Source: Bradymonadia bacterium (lineage in GTDB: Bacteria > Myxococcota_A > Bradymonadia > UBA7976 > UBA1532). From it: DNA of 64,000 nt. The stretch covers positions 320,001 to 384,000 of the forward strand of contig JBKAGE010000037.1 in NCBI GenBank assembly GCA_046290225.1, written 5' to 3'. Position numbers and translations under genes: made by a program. This document shows positions 11,290 through 21,636 of the stretch, piece after piece. The notes beneath the pieces are model-generated. The model saw only the letters and a program-made list of their open reading frames with translations. It was not told the DNA's origin and did no database searches. Every line of letters starts with the position of its first letter. Position 1 is the first letter of the stretch.

Positions 11290-12464
11290 TGGCCTTCAGC
11301 CCCACCAGAGCGTCCACAGCGGTGGGGCTGTGTGTCTTCCTCGGGTCGCTCTGCGCCCTCGCCAACCCTCAAGAGAAGTCACCTCAAGAGACGCCTCCAC
11401 GAGAGCAGCTCGCTCAAAACAAAGATCGCACGCTCAAACATGCTGAAGTCACGGTGACCGAGGCACCCCCAGAGGGTGATCCCGACAGCAACCGCTTCAT
11501 GGCGATCCCCTTTGCTTCTTATGGCCCGGAGACAGGCTGGCTCGGCGGAGCAGCGATGCTCTACCTGTTCCACCTCGACAGCGAGCGGAACTCCCAGGTG
11601 GCCACCTCGGTGCGCTACACCGAGAAGAAGCAGCTGCTGCTGCGCCTCAAGCCCGAGCTGTGGTGGGGCAACAACCACGTCAAGCTCGACGTGGAGTACG
11701 ACCGGTTCCCTGATTATGTCTGGGGCGTAGGCCGGGGTACCGCCGCAAGCGCCGAAGAGAAGTTCCTGCCTGTGTCGACCCGCCTGGAGCTCGATCTCGA
11801 CCGACGAGTGTGGCGTCGCTGGTTCGTGGGCATGCGCTCGGAGCAGGTGTTCACCAGCATCAAAGAGTCGGAGTCGGACGGCTTCATCGCCAATGGTGCC
11901 ACCGGAGCGACTGGGGGCTTCCTCAACGGTTTGGGCCTTCAGGCCTTGTGGGATGATCGGGACAACGCCAATGCCACCACCCAGGGCAGCTACCTCAAGG
12001 TGGGCGCCCTGCACTTCAACAAGGCGTGGGGCAGTGATTTCTCGTTCACCCGCTACCTGCTCGATGCGCGCCACTTCTTCGATCTGGGTGGTGAGCAGGT
12101 GATCGGCGTACAAGCCATCAGCCTCTATGTCGCCGGCAACGCGCCCTTTTACGAGCTGCCACGCATCGGCGGCAAAAAGGTGATGCGGGGGTACTACAAC
12201 GGGCGCTACCGCGATCAGACCATGGCTGCGTTTCAGGTGGAGTACCGCCGACCCCTCTTCTGGCGCCTGGGCATGGTGGCCTTCGGTGGGGTGGCCGACG
12301 TGGCCGACAGCCCCGGCGATTTGAGCTTCGGCGCCCCCAAGTGGTCCGCAGGCGGTGGCATCCGCATCGCCATCAGCCGCAAGAGTCGCCTCAACGCCCG
12401 CCTTGACATCGGCTACGCCGAAGGTGAGACATCCACCTATCTGAACTTCGGCGAGGCGTTCTGA
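11286..12464 (+). CDS. Omp85/BamA-TamA family beta-barrel protein without obvious POTRA domains
   Basis: PFASYGPETG, GG..MRGYYNGRYRD, C-terminal YLNFGEAF. Confidence 0.85.
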   Translation: MMAFSPTRASTAVGLCVFLGSLCALANPQEKSPQETPPREQLAQNKDRTLKHAEVTVTEAPPEGDPDSNRFMAIPFASYGPETGWLGGAAMLYLFHLDSERNSQVATSVRYTEKKQLLLRLKPELWWGNNHVKLDVEYDRFPDYVWGVGRGTAASAEEKFLPVSTRLELDLDRRVWRRWFVGMRSEQVFTSIKESESDGFIANGATGATGGFLNGLGLQALWDDRDNANATTQGSYLKVGALHFNKAWGSDFSFTRYLLDARHFFDLGGEQVIGVQAISLYVAGNAPFYELPRIGGKKVMRGYYNGRYRDQTMAAFQVEYRRPLFWRLGMVAFGGVADVADSPGDLSFGAPKWSAGGGIRIAISRKSRLNARLDIGYAEGETSTYLNFGEAF

Positions 12465-12467
12465 GCA

Positions 12468-13346
12468 GTGCAGACATTCGAGCAGGCCACTGAAGAGAGC
12501 CGCCGCATGGCGCGGCTCTACGCATTGATCCATCGCGGCAACCCCGGCGACGTCGAGTGCTATGTCGCGGCGTGTGATGGCGCCACCCGGGTATTGGAGT
12601 TGGGTTGTGGTGAAGGCCGGGTCCTCGAAGCCCTCGTGACGCATCACCCATCGCTCGAGATCTCAGGCCTCGATCTCGACCCTGGAGCCCTCGCCGAAGC
12701 ATGCACCCGAGAGCCCCTTGCCCAGGCCATGGAAGCCGGTCGCGTGCAGTTGCATCAAGCAGACATGCGCGACTTCGAACTCGAAGGCAGCTTCGACCGC
12801 ATCATCATCCCCTACAACGGCCTCTACACCCTGGGCAGCCTCGACGGCGTGCGCCAATGCCTTGCCACCGCTGCACGGCACCTCACCCCTGATGGCGCGT
12901 TGATCTTCGATGGCTACGCCGTAGACGACGACGCAGCTGACGCCGAGCTGTGGGTGGATCCACCAGATCCCAACGAGGTCGCCGAGGACCCGTGGTGTGA
13001 AGGGGGCTTCAGTTATCTGATCACAGTGCTCGACCTGCAGCAGCGGGTTGATGTGTACGAGCGAGAGATCGCCGTCGGCGAGCCGCGGCGGCTCAACGTC
13101 CGCTATCGATTCGTGATCCGCTCGGGCAGCCCCTTCGAGCCGCCCACAGGTGAGCCCGAGGTCATCGAGCAAGTGGTGGGGCACCACTTCATCACCCCAG
13201 GCATGGTGCCGGCGCTGATCCGCGATGCGGGTTTGAAGCTGGTGTCGATGTGGGGTGAGTTCGACGGCCGGCCCTTCGACGACGAGTCGGAGCGGCTGGT
13301 GGTGACCGCCCGCAAAACCAACGACACGGGCGAATCATCTCGCTGA
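12468..13346 (+). CDS. Class I SAM-dependent methyltransferase
   Basis: VLELGCGEGR, ADMRDF, HLTPDGALIFD. Confidence 0.88.
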   Translation: MQTFEQATEESRRMARLYALIHRGNPGDVECYVAACDGATRVLELGCGEGRVLEALVTHHPSLEISGLDLDPGALAEACTREPLAQAMEAGRVQLHQADMRDFELEGSFDRIIIPYNGLYTLGSLDGVRQCLATAARHLTPDGALIFDGYAVDDDAADAELWVDPPDPNEVAEDPWCEGGFSYLITVLDLQQRVDVYEREIAVGEPRRLNVRYRFVIRSGSPFEPPTGEPEVIEQVVGHHFITPGMVPALIRDAGLKLVSMWGEFDGRPFDDESERLVVTARKTNDTGESSR

Positions 13347-13925
13347 TCAGCCCTGCTCGCCCTGGCTCTGTTGTCTCGCGGAGTGCATCAACATCTCGTC
13401 GAGCAAATCGCTCATCCACGACAGGCGCGCCTCGGCGCCGGGATCGAGGGGCCCTTCGAACTCCCGGTGCACCACCCGGCCCTCAGGCGAGACGAGACAC
13501 ACCCGAGGGCGATGCGTGCCCCCATAGAGCTGCCCAACTCTGCCAGTGGGATCGAGGAGTACGGGGTAAGGCAGGCTCGGCGTGGGTGGGTTGCTCCGCG
13601 TGTAGTGCGCACACACGACCAGCCACCCCACCTGAAGGCGCGTGGACTGCATCAACGCCAGCAACGGCTCCCGCTCCAGGCCTCCGGGGCTGCTCCAGGG
13701 CTGCCCGGCCCGGGTCCACAAAATCACCGTGGGTCGGCCGCGGTGATGGCTCAGGGTGATGGGCACCCCAAGGTGATCTCTCAATGTGAAATCAGGGGCC
13801 TCAGTGCCTGGACCCGCGCCACCCACTGCAGGCTGGGCACTGCGCAATACGGGCAACATGCCTTGGAGCACCCGGACGAAAGCGTCTCGAGCCCACTGGC
13901 CGATTCGGGGTTGGGTTTGAGGCAC
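13347..13925 (-). CDS. Redoxin/AhpC-TSA-fold protein lacking CxxC
   Basis: GTEAPDFTLRD..LSHHRGRPTVI, YPVLLDPTGRVGQLYG. Confidence 0.65.
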   Translation of the reverse strand: MPQTQPRIGQWARDAFVRVLQGMLPVLRSAQPAVGGAGPGTEAPDFTLRDHLGVPITLSHHRGRPTVILWTRAGQPWSSPGGLEREPLLALMQSTRLQVGWLVVCAHYTRSNPPTPSLPYPVLLDPTGRVGQLYGGTHRPRVCLVSPEGRVVHREFEGPLDPGAEARLSWMSDLLDEMLMHSARQQSQGEQG

Positions 13926-14166
13926 AAGGACTCACGGCGCTCACGACCACAGGTCACGAGGCATCAGATTCGTCGACACACATCTACGCATGTAGATTCG
14001 GCCTCTCTAAAGAGGCCATGGCCCTGCAAAAGGTTGTTCTGGATTCGAAATAGATCTCTCGACGTGCCCACACGTCTGAGAGCACGGGCCCGGACCCACC
14101 ACACATGCATTCAACGTTCACGGCCCGACAAATCTTCACCTGCACCCACGCCATGGGGATCACACA

Positions 14167-17100
14167 GTGTTCAGACCACCTTGGGCCCTCTTCCTCGCGA
14201 CCGCCTGCGCTTTCACTGGCTGCAGAGATCAGGTCGACCTCTCACCTGACCAGCCACAGACCTCACGGGCAGACTCCGAGCCGGAGTCCGCCCCCGAAAG
14301 CAAAGCCCTGGCACAGCCTGCCGATCCGGATGCACCGAAGGGCGCCCGGGTGGTTCAGCCCCCGATGAAGCCCGAGCCTGCCCCCAAAGCGGCAAAGCGC
14401 ATCGAGCAGTTGCCAGCCCTCGACACCCTCACCCAGAAGATCGGGAGCGTCTTCGGCGCCCATCAAGGACGACGGATACACATTCAGACCGACAAGCCGC
14501 TCTACACACCCGGTGAGACCATCTGGATCAAGAGCCTCGATCTGAAGGATCGCGATCTCAGCGACAGCCCCGCCGCAGGCATTCATTACAGACTGGTCAG
14601 CCCCCGAGGCTCGACGGTGGTGCAGCAGCGGGTGGTGCAGACACGCGGACGCGCGGCGAACGGCATCGAGATCCCCGAGGGCTCTGTGGGGGGTCTCTAC
14701 ACCCTCAAAGCCACAGCCTTCGACGGCGTCACCGCCGAGCGACCCGTCGTGATCAGCAATTATCAGCCACCGAGGGTGCAGAAGAAGCTCGAGTTCGTGC
14801 GCAAGGCCTATGGCGCCGGCGATACCGTCAAAGCCACATTGACCCTCAAAGGGCCCACGGGTGATCCGCTGGGCAATCACCCGGTCAAGGCACAGATCAC
14901 CGTCGATGGCGCGCCTCTCAAAGCGCAGGCCACCACCGACGCCCACGGCAACGCCCTGATCAAATTCACCCTGCCTGGAGAGATCAGCCGCGGCGACGGT
15001 CTGCTCACCGTGCTCGTGGAGCAGGGTGGCATCACTGAGTCGATCAGCCGGCCCATCCCCATCGTGGTGAAAGCGGTTCAACTGTCGTTCTTCCCCGAAG
15101 GTGGGCAGATGGTCGGCGGCCTGCCGACGCGGCTCTACTTTGAAGCCCGCACCCCCCTGGACAAACCTGCTGACGTCAAGGGGCGCATCGTCGACGATCA
15201 AGGGGCTGTGGTGGCCACCTTCGAGACCTTCGATCGGGGTCGGGGCCGCGTGGGCTTCACGCCGTCGCCTGGCCGCAGCTACCACGGCGAGATCATCCGC
15301 CCTGCGGGGATCTCGGCCCGCTACCCTCTGCCTCTGGCAGCGGCGGAGGGGTGCGTGATCCGCACCTATGATGATCCCGACGGTCAACGGTCAGAGATCC
15401 CCGTCGCCGTGCGCTGTACCGATGCACAGACGGTCATCGTCGCCGCCACTCAGCGTCATCTGCTCCTCGATGCTGCGGCGGTGGAAGCACGGTCCGACGT
15501 ACCCATCGCCGTGCACCTGAAGCCCGGTGCACTGGAGAAAGCCGATGGTGCCCGAGAAGGGCTGATACATGCTCAGGGTCCTGCCCGCATCACCCTCTTC
15601 GATGCAGATCTGCGCCCCATCGCCGAGCGGCTGGTCTTTCGCAACCGGCGAGGGGGCCTCAAGGTGGAGATCACCCCTGACCAGGATGGCTACTCTCCCC
15701 GTGAGCAGGTGGCCCTCAAGCTGAAGACCACGGGCCCCTCGGGTGAGCCGGTCCCTGCGGAGCTGGCCCTCTCCGTCGTGGACGACAAGGTGCTCAGCTT
15801 CGCCGACGACAAGACCGGTCACTTGCTCAGCGCCATGCTGCTGGCGCCGGAGATCCCCGGCACCGTGGCGGAGCCCAATGTGTACTTCGACCTCACGGAG
15901 CCCAAGGGCGCCATGGGGCTCGAACTGCTCATGGGCACCCGAGGCTGGCGCCGCTTCGACTGGCAGCCGGTCCTCGCGCCCAACCCCCGCACAGGCACCG
16001 CCACCACGGTATCCCTCGACGGCTCCACCCGGGCCCCTCGAGATCGCGGGGCTGATGCCGACGAGTTCGAGAAAGCCGGTGAGCTGGGCGGCTTCAAAGA
16101 GGAGAAGCGTCTCGCGGGCAAGAAGGCGGGCCTGAAGAGGCCTCTTGCTCGCCGAAAGCGCGCCGAGGCTGCACAGCCGATGGCTCAGGCTGAGGCGATG
16201 CCCGATCCAAAACCAGATGCCGAAGACGCAAACCGACGCGCCGACGTCGCTCTGGCAGGGCACAAAGCCCTCAAGGGCAAGGGGCGCGGCGGTGGTGGGA
16301 TCGAGCGTGGCCCGAGACAGCGGAACCTCGAGCCGATGCCAGCGGCGAAGCCGGTGCCGATGGGCCGGGTCGCCGGAGGGTTCTTCGAAGACGACCTGCG
16401 CATGCCCGCAGAGGCGATGCCCGACGTACCCCCGCCGCCGCCTCAGTGGGCGCCCGTTCGAGTGTTCCCCACGCCGGACTACAGCGGAGGCTTCACCGGC
16501 GCCCGGACCGACTTCAGAGAGACCATTCACTGGGCCCCCATGGTGAAGACTGGCCGCGACGGCGAGGCCACGGTGACCTTCTGGATGTCGGACGCCGTGA
16601 CCGCGTTCCGGGTCACCGCTGAAGGTGCAGGCCTCGAAGGCGGGGTCATCGGCCGCGCCGAGAAGGTGATCAGCGCCCGCCTGCCCTTCAACCTCGACGT
16701 CAAGCTCCCTGTAGAGGTGAGCGCCGGTGACACCGTGCAATTGCCCATCACCCTGAGCAACGAGACCGAGGGCACTCAGCCAGTGAATCTCGTGGCACAC
16801 TTCGGCGATCTCGTAGAAGCTGGCACGCCTGAAGGACTCACCGAGGGCAAGCTGCAGCTGCCGCCCAAGGCCAGCCAGTCGGTGTGGTACCCCCTCACGG
16901 TGAAGGGACAGCGAGGTGAGAGCACGATCACCCTCTCTGCTCAGGCGGACGGCCTCGACGACGAGATGGTGCGCACCCTCAGAGTGGCCCCTCGGGGGTT
17001 CCCCCAGGTGGCCGAGCGCAGTGGCACCCTCAAGGGCGACGTCACCGTGACCGAGACCGTCGATCTCGGCGAGGTGGCCCCAGGGAGCGTGGCGGCGAGC

Positions 17101-18597
17101 TTGAAGCTCTACCCCAGCCCGGTGGCCACCCTGCTCAGTGGCCTCGATGGCCTGGTAAGAGAGCCCCATGGCTGCTTCGAGCAGACCTCGAGCAGCAACT
17201 ACCCCAACGTGATGGTGCTGCAGTACCTCGAAGCGAACGATGTCGCCGACCCCAAGCTCATCGCTCGAACTCGCAAGCTCGTCGACAAGGGCTACAAGCG
17301 GCTCGTGGGCTTCGAGACCAAAAAGAAGGGCTACGAGTGGTTCGGCCGCGCACCGGCCCACGAGGCCCTTACCGCGTACGGCGTGCTGGAGTTCACCGAC
17401 ATGCGCTCGATCTACGGCGAGGTGGACGAGGCCATGCTGGCACGCACCGCGAAGTGGCTCGCGAAACGCCGCGATGGCAAGGGGGGCTTCAAGCGCGACA
17501 AGAAAGCCCTGGACAGCTTCGGCCGCGCGGCGCCGGAGATCACCGATGCCTACATCGTCTACAGCCTCGCGGAGGCTGGCCTTGTCGATGGCTTCGATCT
17601 CGAGCTGGACACCCTCGGCAAGCGCGCGGAAAAGACGCAGGACGACTATATGCTCGCCCTCGCAGCGAACGCCCTGCTCAGCGTGCCTGCCCGCCGACAG
17701 GCGGGCCTCGCCCTGCTCAAGACTCTGAAGAGCCGCCAGGGCAAGGACGGCGCCTGGAAGAAGGCCAAGCACAGCATCACCCGGTCTTCGGGCAAGAACC
17801 TGCACATCGAGACCACGGCCCTGGCCATGCTGGCGCTGATGAAAGATCCGGAGGGCGGCCACTTCGACGCGCTGCGCTCAGGGGCGAAGTGGCTCACTGA
17901 TCACCGCGGCGGCTATGGGCAGTGGGGGGCCACTCAGGCCACCGTGCTCGCACTCAAGGCCATGACCGCCTACAGCAGCGCCAGCGCCACCACCAAACAC
18001 CCGGGCACCGTCATCGTGAAGATCAACGGGGTGCAAGTGGGCGAGATGGCCTATGAGGCCGGCCGCCGGGACCCCCTTGAGTTCCACGCCATCGGCGGCC
18101 ACTTCAAGGCCGGCGAGAACACCATCGAGATCACTCACAAGGGTCAGGGGCAGCTGCCCTTCAGCTTCGCCGCCGACTACCGCTCCACCACCCCGGCCAC
18201 CGATCCCGAAGCTGCGGTGTCGGTGACCACCTCACTGGCCCGCGACACCGTGCCCATGGGCGAGACCGTGCGACTCACCGCCACGGTGGAGAACCGCCTC
18301 GACGCTGGCCAGCCGATGACGCTGGCCCGTCTGGGCCTGCCCGGCGGCCTGGTCTGGCAGCAGTGGCAGCTCAAAGCGCTCAAAGAAAAGGGAGAAGTGG
18401 ACTTCGTGGAGACGCGGCCTCGAGAGGTCATCGTCTACTTCCGGCAGATGAAGCCCAAGGAGAAGCGAGAGATCAGTCTTGACCTCGTGGCGCAGGTGCC
18501 CGGCGAGTTCACCGGGCCGGCCTCGTCGGCCTACCTCTACTACACCAACGACAAGAAGTTCTGGACGAAGGGGTTGCCCGTCTCGATCACCCGCTGA
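14167..18597 (+). CDS. Bacterial alpha-2-macroglobulin family lipoprotein
   Basis: Lipobox FTGC, MG2 motif QTDKPLYTPGE, RTDFRETIHW, thioester PHGCFEQ. Confidence 0.92.
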   Translation: MFRPPWALFLATACAFTGCRDQVDLSPDQPQTSRADSEPESAPESKALAQPADPDAPKGARVVQPPMKPEPAPKAAKRIEQLPALDTLTQKIGSVFGAHQGRRIHIQTDKPLYTPGETIWIKSLDLKDRDLSDSPAAGIHYRLVSPRGSTVVQQRVVQTRGRAANGIEIPEGSVGGLYTLKATAFDGVTAERPVVISNYQPPRVQKKLEFVRKAYGAGDTVKATLTLKGPTGDPLGNHPVKAQITVDGAPLKAQATTDAHGNALIKFTLPGEISRGDGLLTVLVEQGGITESISRPIPIVVKAVQLSFFPEGGQMVGGLPTRLYFEARTPLDKPADVKGRIVDDQGAVVATFETFDRGRGRVGFTPSPGRSYHGEIIRPAGISARYPLPLAAAEGCVIRTYDDPDGQRSEIPVAVRCTDAQTVIVAATQRHLLLDAAAVEARSDVPIAVHLKPGALEKADGAREGLIHAQGPARITLFDADLRPIAERLVFRNRRGGLKVEITPDQDGYSPREQVALKLKTTGPSGEPVPAELALSVVDDKVLSFADDKTGHLLSAMLLAPEIPGTVAEPNVYFDLTEPKGAMGLELLMGTRGWRRFDWQPVLAPNPRTGTATTVSLDGSTRAPRDRGADADEFEKAGELGGFKEEKRLAGKKAGLKRPLARRKRAEAAQPMAQAEAMPDPKPDAEDANRRADVALAGHKALKGKGRGGGGIERGPRQRNLEPMPAAKPVPMGRVAGGFFEDDLRMPAEAMPDVPPPPPQWAPVRVFPTPDYSGGFTGARTDFRETIHWAPMVKTGRDGEATVTFWMSDAVTAFRVTAEGAGLEGGVIGRAEKVISARLPFNLDVKLPVEVSAGDTVQLPITLSNETEGTQPVNLVAHFGDLVEAGTPEGLTEGKLQLPPKASQSVWYPLTVKGQRGESTITLSAQADGLDDEMVRTLRVAPRGFPQVAERSGTLKGDVTVTETVDLGEVAPGSVAASLKLYPSPVATLLSGLDGLVREPHGCFEQTSSSNYPNVMVLQYLEANDVADPKLIARTRKLVDKGYKRLVGFETKKKGYEWFGRAPAHEALTAYGVLEFTDMRSIYGEVDEAMLARTAKWLAKRRDGKGGFKRDKKALDSFGRAAPEITDAYIVYSLAEAGLVDGFDLELDTLGKRAEKTQDDYMLALAANALLSVPARRQAGLALLKTLKSRQGKDGAWKKAKHSITRSSGKNLHIETTALAMLALMKDPEGGHFDALRSGAKWLTDHRGGYGQWGATQATVLALKAMTAYSSASATTKHPGTVIVKINGVQVGEMAYEAGRRDPLEFHAIGGHFKAGENTIEITHKGQGQLPFSFAADYRSTTPATDPEAAVSVTTSLARDTVPMGETVRLTATVENRLDAGQPMTLARLGLPGGLVWQQWQLKALKEKGEVDFVETRPREVIVYFRQMKPKEKREISLDLVAQVPGEFTGPASSAYLYYTNDKKFWTKGLPVSITR

Positions 18598-18615
18598 GGC
18601 GCGGGCGCTGATCCA

Positions 18616-19197
18616 TCAGACGTTGATGGCGACGAACTGGGTAGCTTCGAGGCACAGCTCCATGTGGAACCGGGCGTGGCCGGGGGTGGTGTAGACGATG
18701 CGCACGCACGGATCGTTCTGGCGCATCACCGCCCGCAACTCGAGCCGATAGAGACCTGTGAGGGGCACCACCGCGGGGATCGACGCGTCGGCGCTCACGT
18801 CGTAGCGCTTCTGCATGGCGATGCGCGACATGCCGATGCAGTGGTTGGTCAACTCGCCGATGGCGTTGCGCACGTCCTCGGCCTCGTGGTGCTGGGGGAT
18901 CTCGTCTTCATCCATGCCCATCTGGCGGAGCGAGGAGGAGACGATCTCCAAGGCCGCAGGGCCCTGGAAGTTCATGACCATCAAGCCGCTGTAGTTGCCG
19001 AAGAAGCTGACGAAGGAGCCGATGTCCTCAGCGAGCCGGATCGTGGGCACGAGCTGAGCCGAGCGAGACATCTGAATCTCGAGGCCCGTAGAGCGCGAGA
19101 TCACGTCGCGGACGGTCTCGCCAAAGAGCTGAGCCATCTCCAACACCGAGGAGTTGACTCGCAATTCCTGGATCCGATTATGGATGCCTGATTCCAT
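18616..19197 (-). CDS. DUF3334-like / CheX-related protein
   Basis: DIGSFVSFFGNYSGLMVMNF..AALEI..MG, and AIGELTN (CheC/CheX-type ExxN). Confidence 0.65.
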   Translation of the reverse strand: MESGIHNRIQELRVNSSVLEMAQLFGETVRDVISRSTGLEIQMSRSAQLVPTIRLAEDIGSFVSFFGNYSGLMVMNFQGPAALEIVSSSLRQMGMDEDEIPQHHEAEDVRNAIGELTNHCIGMSRIAMQKRYDVSADASIPAVVPLTGLYRLELRAVMRQNDPCVRIVYTTPGHARFHMELCLEATQFVAINV

Positions 19198-19340
19198 GAG
19201 AACACCACCCTCGTTGATGCTTTTGTGCAATGATTGGGAGCTTGCGCCGCCGGCAAGAGCCGAGGCCTTTTCCCTTGTTCGGCACGAGACACTTGTGACC
19301 CAAATCTTTTTTTACATCCGCACCGTAACAGTGTGAGCCC

Positions 19341-20015
19341 ATGCGAGAGACTGATCCTGGAGACCGCCCGGAAGGCGGCAGCTCCAAGGCCCGCAAACGG
19401 AAAAAGCCACGCACTCAGGTGAGCGGCCCGTGGCTCGAGCGGGTAGCACTGGCCCACCTTCAGCGCTTCAGCTCTTCCAGAGAGAACCTGCGTCGCGTAC
19501 TCAGCCGACGGGTGTCGAAGGTGGCTCGGGCCGCCGCCTATGCTGCAGAGCAGGACGAGCCAGGCACCGGCGAGGCCATCAAGGAAGAGCGGCTCGCCGC
19601 CGGCGCGGAGATCATCGAGCCCTTGCTCGACCGATTCGTCGAAGCAGGCCTGCTCAACGATCGTGTCTATGCCGAGGGCCGGGTCAGGGCGCTGCATCGT
19701 CAGGGACACCCCGCCCGAGCCATCAGAGCCCGCCTCAGGGCCAAGGGGGTACCTGCTGAGCTCGTCGACGAGGTGCTCGAATTGCTCGCCGAAGAAGATG
19801 ACGGAGGCCTCTCCCCTGATCTCGAAGCTGCCATCCTCCGGGCGCGCCGCAAACGCTTGGGGCCCTATCGAGATGAAGCGAGCAGGGCCGACCGGCGACA
19901 GCGGGATCTCGGCGCGCTGGCCCGGGCCGGATTCTCCTTCGACGTCGCTCGTCAGGTGATAGATGCACCGGACAAAGAACATTTGGAAGACATGCTCTAT
20001 GGCGCTGGTCGTTGA
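19341..20015 (+). CDS. recX: Regulatory protein RecX
   Basis: ALAHLQRFSSS..LRRVL, GLLNDRVYA, LRAKGV, LARAGFSFD. Confidence 0.85.
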   Translation: MRETDPGDRPEGGSSKARKRKKPRTQVSGPWLERVALAHLQRFSSSRENLRRVLSRRVSKVARAAAYAAEQDEPGTGEAIKEERLAAGAEIIEPLLDRFVEAGLLNDRVYAEGRVRALHRQGHPARAIRARLRAKGVPAELVDEVLELLAEEDDGGLSPDLEAAILRARRKRLGPYRDEASRADRRQRDLGALARAGFSFDVARQVIDAPDKEHLEDMLYGAGR

Positions 20016-20116
20016 GGGTGAAACACAGCCGGTGCTCCGGCTCAAAATGCACTGGATCATGCCTGTGATTCAGGCTAAGAGGCGCCTCGCTCAACGCCCT
20101 CGCGCAATTCCAATGT

Positions 20117-21550
20117 GTGGCTTGCTTCAGGCATCTCCACGAGGTGCCGAGATTAGATGACGTGATGAACACCCCCGATACTCCGGCCCTCGAGGCCCTG
20201 AGCGCAGCGGGCCTCGCCGCGGCCTGGCTCGATCCTCAGTTGAACGTGGTGACCTGCACTGAGCAGTTCGAGCGATTGCTCCACCGCGCTCAGTCGGATG
20301 AGGGAGACATCCCATGGCACTTCCTCGGCGCATTCGACCAGGTGAGCCCTGAGATTTCTCTCCCGTTGCGGGCGCCAGAATCTCGCAGGTTGCACATCGA
20401 CGAGGGCGGGCTGCGGCGTACGTTCCACCTGAAGCTCACGCCCCAGCAAGGCTGTGTGCTGGCGATCCTCACTGACTTGACCGAGGCCGAGTCTCTGGTC
20501 AAAGACGAGCGCCACCTCGACACCCTCTCGGTGATGGGGCGCTTCGCCGCCCAGATCGCCCACGAGCTCAACAACATGCTGGTGGTGATCTCCGGCCGGG
20601 GTCAGCTGCTGCAGATGGGCTTGCCACCGAGCCCCAGACTGCAAGAAGACATCCGCGAGATCCTGCTCGCAGGCAACCGGGCGCAGCACCTCGCCAAACG
20701 GCTGATGCTCCTCCGACCCACTGCGCGGCAGGATCCTGCTGTCATCTGTGTCGATGAGGCTGTGGAGAGCAGCTTCAAGTTGATGAGTCGCCTGCTCCCT
20801 CACGGCGCCGAGCTGAAGCTCGACATCGAGCAGCGTCAGCTGCGCACGCGTATGGATCCTTCAGGCCTCGAGCGGGCGATTCTCTGTCTCATGGTCGGTG
20901 TTCAGCGCCATCTGGGGCCCGACGATCAGGTGCGCTTGCGGGTAAGCGCCAGAGGGCACGACATCGCCCTCACTTTGAGCACCACCGCAACGGTGGGGCC
21001 TCACCTCTATCTCTATCTCGACCTCGCCCAGTCACTCATCGGGCATCCCATCGCCGGCAGTCAGGTCATCGACCCACATCAGCTCGAGCTGCGTTTGTCG
21101 CCCCTGACCCCGACCCCCACCCCCCTTGGGGCCAACTGGCGTCCGGTGAAGGCAGCAACGGCCCTCAAGCTCTTGCTGGTGGACGATCGCCCCGACACCC
21201 TCGAAGCGGTGCAGCGCCAGCTCGACGTACTCGGCCACAGCGTCACGGCAGTGGGTCGGCCCCACGAAGCCCTGTCGGTCTTTCAGAGCGCCCCTGATCA
21301 CTTCGACATGCTCGTCACCGATGTGCTGATGCCGGTGATGAACGGTGTAGAGCTGGCGCGGCAGCTTCAAAAGACCGCCCTGGGGCTCCCGATCCTGTTC
21401 ATCTCGGGCTTCACAGCAGAAGTCTGGCGACAACATGGGGTCGAGAGTCTCGACGACGCCCGAGTGCACTTGCTGCACAAGCCCTTCGACCTGAACACCC
21501 TCGCTCAGGCCATCGAACGCGCCTACCGCTCCCCGGGCCCTCTGCTCTGA
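20117..21550 (+). CDS. Hybrid HisKA + receiver protein with degenerate ATPase domain
   Basis: AHELNNML H-box, REC LLVDD..TDVLMP..KPF. Start may be ~20164-20167. Confidence 0.8.
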   Translation: MACFRHLHEVPRLDDVMNTPDTPALEALSAAGLAAAWLDPQLNVVTCTEQFERLLHRAQSDEGDIPWHFLGAFDQVSPEISLPLRAPESRRLHIDEGGLRRTFHLKLTPQQGCVLAILTDLTEAESLVKDERHLDTLSVMGRFAAQIAHELNNMLVVISGRGQLLQMGLPPSPRLQEDIREILLAGNRAQHLAKRLMLLRPTARQDPAVICVDEAVESSFKLMSRLLPHGAELKLDIEQRQLRTRMDPSGLERAILCLMVGVQRHLGPDDQVRLRVSARGHDIALTLSTTATVGPHLYLYLDLAQSLIGHPIAGSQVIDPHQLELRLSPLTPTPTPLGANWRPVKAATALKLLLVDDRPDTLEAVQRQLDVLGHSVTAVGRPHEALSVFQSAPDHFDMLVTDVLMPVMNGVELARQLQKTALGLPILFISGFTAEVWRQHGVESLDDARVHLLHKPFDLNTLAQAIERAYRSPGPLL

Positions 21551-21636
21551 TCAGGTCATGACCGGGGTCAACGCGGCCCCAGCGCTCACCTCCCCCTTCT
21601 GTATGTCCGATCTTCCCCTCAGAGGAAGGTTGCATC

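Noticed and set aside
15391..17862. 823-aa minus-strand ORF and similar long antisense ORFs elsewhere
   Set aside because: High-GC shadow ORFs opposite well-supported genes.
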